Origin: Minisyncoccota bacterium
GTDB taxonomy: Bacteria; Patescibacteriota; Microgenomatia; UBA1400; PJMF01
NCBI GenBank assembly: GCA_009885085.1
Contig: VFLK01000033.1
Span: 7,135-71,134, forward strand
Direction: 5' to 3'
Length of the DNA stretch: 64,000 bases
Part shown: positions 57,302-64,000 of the stretch, in pieces
How the letters are laid out: each line of letters starts with the position of its first letter
Numbering within the stretch: the first letter of the stretch is position 1
The notes under the pieces: model-generated
Told to the model about the DNA's origin: nothing
Seen by the model: only the letters and a program-made list of their open reading frames with translations
Database searches by the model: none
Program-made: the position numbers and the translations under genes

Positions 57302-58679
57302 AATGAACCATAAACTAACTCTCAAACAAACCCTTGATAAATTAAAAGGCAACGAACTAACTCTTGATGAGCTTTATTCAGACATTAACCAGAGCATCAG
57401 CGAGCAAAATAAAGAGTTAAATGTCTATCTAACTCTAGACGAAAAATCACTAGAAAAAGCAAAAGCGGCAGCAACCTCACCTTTGATGGGAGTTCCAATT
57501 GCCGTTAAAGATAACTACTGCACAAAAGATCTAAGAACCACAGCCTCATCTCTAGTGCTTGAGGATTTTATCCCAACTTACGAATCAACAGTTAGCAAAA
57601 AATTAAAAAAGGCCGGTGGTGTCGTAATTGGCAAAACCAACATGGACGCTTGGGCTCATGGCTCATCAACAGAAACCTCACAATATGGTCGTACACTTAA
57701 TCCTAGAAACACAGATTACTTGCCCGGTGGTTCTTCCGGTGGTAGCGCCGCAGCCGTTGCTGCAAATATGTGCATTGCTGCTTTAGGAACTGAAACTGCA
57801 GGATCTATCAGACAACCAGCCGCTTGGTGCGGAGTAGTAGGTTTAAAACCAACTTATGGTCGTTGTAGTAGATATGGAATCGTTGCAATGTGTTCATCCA
57901 CTGACTCACCAGGTCCAATTACAAAAACGGTAGAAGACTCTGCGATTCTATTAAATTATATTGCTGGACACGATCCACTAGAAGGCACTACAGCTACTCT
58001 TGAAGTCCCAGATTTTACAAAATCCCTTGATAAGGGTGTGGAAGGTATGAAAATTGGCTATCTTTATAAAGATTTAAAAGGCTTAGAAGAAATTAGATCA
58101 ATCTTTTCTGAGCAAATGGAAGTCTTCAAAAAACTTGGTGCAACCGTAGACGTCGTTGATGCTATGGATCCAAAACATGGAGTGAGTATTTATACTATCG
58201 TTCAGCGAGGTGAAGTTAGTAGTAATTTAGGAAGATATGACGGCATTAGATATGGGAACGACAGATCATTTTTTGGTGATGAAGCCAAAAGAAGAGTCAT
58301 GTTAGGCACTTATACCTTGTCCAAAGGATATGCTGATCAATACTACAATACTGCTCAAAAAGTCAGAACTTTGTATATTAAGGATTATGAACGTCTATTC
58401 AAAGAATATGATGTTTTAGTTGCTCCAACTTCTCCTTGGTACGCCAAAAAAATTGGCGCAACTGAGGGTGCTGCTATGTTTGGAGAGCTTGAGGATTTGT
58501 TAATCGAAGCTAGTTCGCTCAGCGGTTTGCCGGGTATTTCAATTCCTTGTTACAAAGATGAAAAAACAAATTTATATTTGGGTATGAATATCATTGCCCC
58601 TATGTATCGCGAAGATTTAGTCATACAGGTAGCTGACGCATACGAAAAAGCTACCAAATGGAACTCTTGGAGAAAATAA
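57291..58679 (+). CDS. gatA: Asp/Glu-tRNA amidotransferase subunit A (amidase)
   Basis: GVPIAVKDNYCTKD amidase signature, GGSSGGSAAAVA. Confidence 0.9.
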   Translation: MKNKMNHKLTLKQTLDKLKGNELTLDELYSDINQSISEQNKELNVYLTLDEKSLEKAKAAATSPLMGVPIAVKDNYCTKDLRTTASSLVLEDFIPTYESTVSKKLKKAGGVVIGKTNMDAWAHGSSTETSQYGRTLNPRNTDYLPGGSSGGSAAAVAANMCIAALGTETAGSIRQPAAWCGVVGLKPTYGRCSRYGIVAMCSSTDSPGPITKTVEDSAILLNYIAGHDPLEGTTATLEVPDFTKSLDKGVEGMKIGYLYKDLKGLEEIRSIFSEQMEVFKKLGATVDVVDAMDPKHGVSIYTIVQRGEVSSNLGRYDGIRYGNDRSFFGDEAKRRVMLGTYTLSKGYADQYYNTAQKVRTLYIKDYERLFKEYDVLVAPTSPWYAKKIGATEGAAMFGELEDLLIEASSLSGLPGISIPCYKDEKTNLYLGMNIIAPMYREDLVIQVADAYEKATKWNSWRK

Positions 58680-58680
58680 T

Positions 58681-60090
58681 ATGAAAACCGATAACACAAA
58701 TAAAAATAAATATTCTTTGGTTTGTGGTCTAGAAATTCACGCCGAGCTTAAGACGAACTCTAAGTTGTTTTGTGGCTGTAAAAATGACCCATTTGGAGCT
58801 GAGAAACCAAATATCTACACTTGTCCAACTTGTTTAGGTATGCCCGGAGGTTCGCCAGTAGCTAACAAAAAAGCCATTGAGTGGACAATTAAAGTTGGTT
58901 TGGCACTTGGCTGTAAAATCAATTTATTCTCTAAATTTGATCGAAAGAATTATTTTTACCCAGATCTGCCAAAATCTTACCAAATTAGCCAATATGATCT
59001 GCCTTTTTGTTATGATGGTGTTTTAGAAACCTCTTTTGGTCCAGTGGGAATTACCAGAATTCATCTAGAAGAAGATACTGGGAAGCTATTACACAAAACT
59101 ATAGAGAAGGTGAATTCCGCAGGAAGAGAAGCTGGCCTGGGCCATGGAAAACAAGTAAGTCTAATAGATTTCAATAGAAGTAGCGTTCCTTTGATGGAAA
59201 TAGTGACTGAGCCAGATATACATAGCGCTGAACAGGCCAAAGAATACGCCAAAGAAATTCGAAAAATTCTTAAATATTTAGACGTCGCTGACTGCGACAT
59301 GGATCAAGGTGGTATGAGACTTGAGGCCAACATTTCTTTGGCTCCAATCGATAAAAATAATCCAAGTTCAAAACTTAGCAAACTCCCAAATTATAAAGTT
59401 GAAGTGAAAAACATCAACTCTTTTAGATTTATGGAACAAGCTATTGATTTTGAAATGGGCAGACAGGCTGAGATTCTTAATGATGGTAAAGTTCCTACTC
59501 AGGAAACTAGAGGTTGGAACTCTGTGAAATCCATTACTTTTTCGCAGCGTACTAAAGAAGATTCTGAAGACTACAGATACTTCCCAGATCCAGATCTACC
59601 ACCAATTAGATATTCACGTGAAAATATAGAGGCTATGAGAGCTGAGTTACCTGAGCTTCCAGCTCAGAAATCGAAGCGTTGGGCAACAGAATACGGTGTA
59701 GAAGAAAGATATTCCAAACAACTGATTTCACATGAAATATTTGCTAATTGGCTTGAAGAATCGTTCAAAATTTGTGTAAAAGAAAAAATTGAGCCAAATA
59801 AATTTGCTGGAGCATTAATCAATAAGAATATTAGAGTTTCACATGTAATGTCGTCAATTATCGCTGTTGAAGAATTCAAAAAATTGTCTCAAACTGATGA
59901 AGTAGCTGACGATGAAATTATCTCAGTTATCACAGATGTTATATCTCAAAATAATGATGCTGTTATTAAATTCAAATCAGGAGACACTAAAGTAATTGGA
60001 TTTTTCATTGGTCAAACTATGAGAAAACTTGGTAAGAAAGTTGATAACAAAAAACTTGGAGAGCTGCTACTAAATGAACTTAAAAAATAA
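58681..60090 (+). CDS. gatB: Asp/Glu-tRNA amidotransferase subunit B
   Basis: YSLVCGLEIHAELKTNSKLFCGC N-terminus. Confidence 0.9.
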   Translation: MKTDNTNKNKYSLVCGLEIHAELKTNSKLFCGCKNDPFGAEKPNIYTCPTCLGMPGGSPVANKKAIEWTIKVGLALGCKINLFSKFDRKNYFYPDLPKSYQISQYDLPFCYDGVLETSFGPVGITRIHLEEDTGKLLHKTIEKVNSAGREAGLGHGKQVSLIDFNRSSVPLMEIVTEPDIHSAEQAKEYAKEIRKILKYLDVADCDMDQGGMRLEANISLAPIDKNNPSSKLSKLPNYKVEVKNINSFRFMEQAIDFEMGRQAEILNDGKVPTQETRGWNSVKSITFSQRTKEDSEDYRYFPDPDLPPIRYSRENIEAMRAELPELPAQKSKRWATEYGVEERYSKQLISHEIFANWLEESFKICVKEKIEPNKFAGALINKNIRVSHVMSSIIAVEEFKKLSQTDEVADDEIISVITDVISQNNDAVIKFKSGDTKVIGFFIGQTMRKLGKKVDNKKLGELLLNELKK

Positions 60091-63000
60091 ATTTGTCCAT
60101 CTACATGTTCACACAGAATATTCTTTGTTAGATGGTTTATGCAAGTTACCTGACCTCATTAATCAAGTTCAAGAAAATGGTCAACATGCTATAGCTGTTA
60201 CTGATCATGGTGCGATGTATGGTGCTTTGCATTTTTATAACGCTTGTAGAAAAGCTGAAATTAAACCAATTGTTGGTGTCGAAATCTATCTAGCCAAGAA
60301 CTCAATGAAGGACAAGCAGTCTAAAATGGGCTCAGATCAATTTCATTTGACTCTTTTGGCCAAAAGTTTTAAAGGCTACCAGAACATTAATAGATTGGTA
60401 ACGATCGCCAACTTTGAAGGTTTCTCATATAAGCCACGTATCGACGAAGAAACTCTTTTTAAATATTCTGAAGATATTATTTGTTTGAGTGGCTGTATGA
60501 GTAGTATGTTTAACAGACTGCTTCGTGACGGTAAACTTGAAGAAGCTGAAGCAAAATTCAAACTCTATAAGGAAAAGTTTCCAGGCAGATTCTATGTCGA
60601 AATTCAAAAACATCCTCAAATCCATGAGCTCGACAGTCTAACAAAATTGCAAGTAGAAATGGCTCGAAAACTAGATTTGCCATTAGTGGCTACCAACGAT
60701 GTTCACTATGTGCGCCAAGAAGATTCGATTGCTCAAGACGCGCTACTTTGCGTTCAAACGAGAAAACTAATCGACGATACCAAACGCATGACCATGATGG
60801 ATTCACCGGACTTCTATTTAAGATCTACCGAAGAAATGATTGAACTATTCAAAGATTATCCTGACGCAATTGAGAATACTGTAAAAATTGCTGATGAGTG
60901 CAACTTAGAAATTCCAACAGGTCAATTAATTTTTCCTGAATATCCGATTCCAAAAGGAGAAACTTTGGCTTCGGTCCTCAAAGATATGGCTTATAAAGGG
61001 GCAAAGAAAAAGTTTGGCAAAGTCACTCCCGAAATTGAAAAAAGACTTGATTACGAATTAAAAATTATTAATGACAAAGGCTATGCCGCTTATTTTTTGA
61101 TTACCCAAGATTTTGTTAACTGGTCAAAAGAAAATGGCATCACTGTAGGTCCAGGAAGAGGTTCTGCCGCTGGCTCTCTTGTTTCATATTGTATTGGAAT
61201 TACGACTATTGATCCTCTGTTTCACGGTCTAGCATTTGAGCGTTTTCTAAATCCTCAACGTCCAACTCCTCCTGATATTGATCTAGATTTTGCTGACACT
61301 AAACGCGATCAAGTTATTAAATATGTTTCTGATAAATATGGTAACGACCACGTGGCTCACGTGATTACTTTTGGAAAAATGGAAGCTAGAGTTTCTATCA
61401 GAGATATTGGCAGAGTTCTTGGTATGCCATATGAAGATCCTGATAAAATTGCTAAATTAATTCCCAACGATCCTGGCAAAAAAACCTCATTAAAAAAGGC
61501 GATCGAAACTGTTCCTGAACTAGCTGAATACTACAAACAACCTAAGTTCAAAAAATTGATTGATTTAGCTATGAAAGTTGAAGGCTCAATTCGTCATTCA
61601 TCCGTTCATGCAGCCGCAATTATCATTACTGATAAACCACTGCCGGATTATGTTGCGATCCAAAAAGATTCAAAGTCAGGAAAAACGATCACCCAATACG
61701 ATATGTATGCTCTTGACTGTAATATTGATGATGATGCAATTGGCTTACTTAAATTTGACTTTTTGGGACTAAGAAACTTGAGTATTATTAATAGCGCGCT
61801 TCAATTGATTGAAGCAAATAAAAAGATAAAACTAGACATCGATAAATTACCTTTGGACGATAAAAAAACTTACAAACTTTTATCATCTGGCGACACATTT
61901 GGAGTCTTTCAACTTGAATCTGCCGGCATGAGACGTGTAGCTAGAACTTTGAAACCAAATAAATTTTCTGATATTACAGCTATGGTGGCTTTGTATCGTC
62001 CTGGTCCAATGGATCTTATTCCAACTTTTATTGAAGGCAAACACAATCCTAAATCCATTAAATATCCTGATGAATCTTTGAAACCAATACTTGAAGAAAC
62101 ATATGGAGTCATGGTTTACCAAGAGCAGATTTTATTAATGGCAAATTTAATGGCAGGCTATACCTTAGGTGAAGCTGACATTTTACGTCGTGCTATCGGT
62201 AAAAAAAAGAAAAAACTCCTAGACGAAAATAAACGAAGATTTATCGACCAATCTGTTGTCAAAGGTTATAAAATTGAAGTTGCAGAAAAAGTCTGGGGCT
62301 TTATTGAAGCTTTTGCTAACTACGGTTTTAACAAAGCTCATGCGGCAAGTTACGCCATGATTGCTTATCAAACTGCATATCTTAAAGCAAACTATCCAGT
62401 TGAGTACATGACTGCATTAATGAGTGTTGAATCTGCTTCTCATTCGATTAATCGTGATATTAAAATTTCAGTTGGAGTTGAATCACTCAAGAAAATGGGC
62501 ATCAACATTTATCCTCCAGAAATCAATAAATCTACAGATGACTTCATAATTGAAAAAGACAAAAAATCATTAGAGGGTTTGGCTATTAGATTCGGCTTAA
62601 ACGCCATTAAACATGTTGGTTCCAAAGCAATTGAAAACATCATGGAAATTAAAAAAGCAGCTGGAGAATTCACTTCGTTAACTCAATTTATAAATAAATC
62701 AGATAGTAGAAAAGTCAATAAAACCACATTAGAGGTGCTGATTAAAGCAGGTGTGATGGATAGGTTTGGCAACCGAGCTAGCATGCTTGAAGGATTAGAA
62801 AAAATTCGTGCCACCGCTTCTCAATTGCAATCAGATGTTGATGGCCAAGACTCACTATTTGGCGATGTCTCTTCTGCCGATGAAACACTTGAGGACACTT
62901 TTCCAGAACTTCCAGAATATCCTCAGCAAGAACTACTTTCATTTGAAAAAGAACTCTTAGGACTATACCTAACAGACCATCCATTGGCCCATCAACTCAA

Positions 63001-63538
63001 GGCAGTTTCCAAAGATGCCACGAAAAAAATTGAAGATCTTGACGCCACTATTCATAATGAGAAAGTATTCTTATTTGGCGGAATCCTAACCAATGTCAGA
63101 AATATTTCTACTAAAAAATCAGGCAAACCTATGGCTTTTGCAAAACTTGAAGATGAAACTGGATCTATTGATGTTGTAATTTTCCCTAAAACATTTGAAC
63201 AGTACTCAAATGTCATTCATGACGATGCAGTGCTCTTGGTGAAAGCAAAAGTTGATGAAAGAGACGGCGAACTCCAGCTTTTGGTAGAAAAAATAAGCGT
63301 TCCTTCAGAAGAGGACATGTTCCATGAGGGCTCATCACTTCACAAAGAAATTTTTGTACCTAGAAAAACTTCCAAAGAAACCTTACAAAAACTTGGCGAA
63401 CTTTTAAAAGCTCATAAAGGTTCTCAAACTGTAATTGTGTTAATTCCTAATGGTGCTAAACCTCAAAAAATGTTGCTTCCATATGGCGTTGCGTGGGATG
63501 AGGAACTTGAAAAAAAGATCGCAGCTTTACTAAATTAG
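60074..63538 (+). CDS. dnaE: DNA polymerase III alpha subunit
   Basis: PHP domain FVHLHVHTEYSLLDG, 1154 aa. Confidence 0.9.
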   Translation: MNLKNKFVHLHVHTEYSLLDGLCKLPDLINQVQENGQHAIAVTDHGAMYGALHFYNACRKAEIKPIVGVEIYLAKNSMKDKQSKMGSDQFHLTLLAKSFKGYQNINRLVTIANFEGFSYKPRIDEETLFKYSEDIICLSGCMSSMFNRLLRDGKLEEAEAKFKLYKEKFPGRFYVEIQKHPQIHELDSLTKLQVEMARKLDLPLVATNDVHYVRQEDSIAQDALLCVQTRKLIDDTKRMTMMDSPDFYLRSTEEMIELFKDYPDAIENTVKIADECNLEIPTGQLIFPEYPIPKGETLASVLKDMAYKGAKKKFGKVTPEIEKRLDYELKIINDKGYAAYFLITQDFVNWSKENGITVGPGRGSAAGSLVSYCIGITTIDPLFHGLAFERFLNPQRPTPPDIDLDFADTKRDQVIKYVSDKYGNDHVAHVITFGKMEARVSIRDIGRVLGMPYEDPDKIAKLIPNDPGKKTSLKKAIETVPELAEYYKQPKFKKLIDLAMKVEGSIRHSSVHAAAIIITDKPLPDYVAIQKDSKSGKTITQYDMYALDCNIDDDAIGLLKFDFLGLRNLSIINSALQLIEANKKIKLDIDKLPLDDKKTYKLLSSGDTFGVFQLESAGMRRVARTLKPNKFSDITAMVALYRPGPMDLIPTFIEGKHNPKSIKYPDESLKPILEETYGVMVYQEQILLMANLMAGYTLGEADILRRAIGKKKKKLLDENKRRFIDQSVVKGYKIEVAEKVWGFIEAFANYGFNKAHAASYAMIAYQTAYLKANYPVEYMTALMSVESASHSINRDIKISVGVESLKKMGINIYPPEINKSTDDFIIEKDKKSLEGLAIRFGLNAIKHVGSKAIENIMEIKKAAGEFTSLTQFINKSDSRKVNKTTLEVLIKAGVMDRFGNRASMLEGLEKIRATASQLQSDVDGQDSLFGDVSSADETLEDTFPELPEYPQQELLSFEKELLGLYLTDHPLAHQLKAVSKDATKKIEDLDATIHNEKVFLFGGILTNVRNISTKKSGKPMAFAKLEDETGSIDVVIFPKTFEQYSNVIHDDAVLLVKAKVDERDGELQLLVEKISVPSEEDMFHEGSSLHKEIFVPRKTSKETLQKLGELLKAHKGSQTVIVLIPNGAKPQKMLLPYGVAWDEELEKKIAALLN

Positions 63539-63577
63539 AGATTACATTTACTCAAAATAACGCTATAATACTCTTCC

Positions 63578-64000
63578 ATGAGCATCCATGGAAAAATTAC
63601 CCCAAATAAAAATACTAAGTTTGTCTTCGTTTCTGGCGGAGTCCTTTCAGGTCTTGGAAAAGGCATCACTGCCGCTTCCTTAGGACTCTTACTTAAAAAC
63701 CGTGGTTATAGCATAACAAACATTAAATGCGAAAACTATTTAAACATTGATTCTGGCAATATTAACCCAATAGAACATGGAGACGTATTTCTTTGTGAAG
63801 ATGGCCTCGAGGCAGACCTTGATTTAGGCTCATACGAGCGTTTCTTGGGCGAAGAAGTTGGTCATAAAAACTTTGTGACTTTGGGACAAATCTATTCAAC
63901 TGTAATTGAAAAAACTAAAAATCTGGCCTACAACGGCGCAACTGTTGATGCATGGCTCTACATTCCTCAGGAAGCTATAAAACGCATCAGAGAAGCAGGA
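63578..64000 (+). CDS. pyrG: CTP synthase, 5' portion (runs off the window)
   Basis: translated by hand: MSIHGKITPNKNTKFVFVSGGVLSGLGKGITAASLG...DLDLGSYERFLG matches the PyrG N-terminal synthetase domain; absent from the ORF track because no stop falls inside the window. Confidence 0.8.
   Translation, partial: MSIHGKITPNKNTKFVFVSGGVLSGLGKGITAASLGLLLKNRGYSITNIKCENYLNIDSGNINPIEHGDVFLCEDGLEADLDLGSYERFLGEEVGHKNFVTLGQIYSTVIEKTKNLAYNGATVDAWLYIPQEAIKRIREAG

Noticed and set aside
1-64000. Alternative genetic code (UGA or UAA reassignment, as in some CPR lineages)
   Set aside because: All conserved genes are complete in the standard code, with TGA, TAA and TAG each used as terminators. The single in-frame TAA at 31891 is reported as a local anomaly instead.
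1-64000. CRISPR arrays, rRNA genes, IS elements, transposases or integrases
   Set aside because: No regularly spaced short repeats, no rRNA-like sequence, and no ORF with DDE-transposase, tyrosine-recombinase (R..HxxR..Y) or serine-recombinase signatures recognised by eye.

Overview
The window is about 64 kb of low-GC bacterial DNA (roughly one-third GC by eye). Genes are densely packed, short and often overlap by a few bases (ATGA-type). The gene content is consistent with a reduced-genome, peptidoglycan-containing bacterium, possibly CPR/Patescibacteria-like; that is inference only. TGA, TAA and TAG all terminate ORFs, so the standard code 11 applies. Order of content: (1) 0.8-7 kb holds a surface-polysaccharide cluster: two GT4 glycosyltransferases, mannose-1-P guanylyltransferase, sugar-phosphate transferase and a large membrane-anchored extracytoplasmic protein. 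(2) Then recO-like, glyQS and galU (minus strand). (3) 12.1-28.5 kb holds a compact division/cell-wall cluster: mraZ-rsmH-ftsL-ftsI-murE-yvcK-like-murC-murB-murA-mraY-ftsW-murG-ftsQ-ftsA-ftsZ, with no murD, murF or ddl in this cluster. (4) tRNA-Gly(CCC) at 28.65 kb. (5) Immediately downstream (29.5-37.2 kb) lies a tightly coupled four-gene operon of large proteins (791, 237, 707 and 823 aa). None has a recognisable family, P-loop or membrane segment. The first two are separated only by one in-frame TAA, and the last carries a GHSMG serine-hydrolase-like motif. A perfect 12-bp palindrome overlaps the putative promoter. This is the best candidate for an undescribed system in the window. (6) A T-box riboswitch leader with an AUC specifier, T-box consensus and competing terminator precedes ileS. 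(7) rodA-like SEDS gene, then a GC-richer lipoprotein islet, then rplU, a THUMP-like methyltransferase, rpmA, an orphan parB and lepB. (8) A second polysaccharide cluster (flippase, GT2, O-antigen-ligase-like) ends in a pair of 70-bp direct repeats bracketing a small acidic ORF. (9) tRNA-Thr(CGT), a LysM protein, a DMT transporter, a riboflavin kinase, then an accessory block (MGMT fragment, Nudix, AbiEii-like toxin pair). Next comes tRNA-Asp(GTC), whose 3' 18 nt are duplicated 195 bp away around a GC-rich 190-bp segment. (10) lemA-htpX, gatCAB, dnaE and the 5' part of pyrG. No CRISPR array, rRNA, transposase or integrase was recognised.
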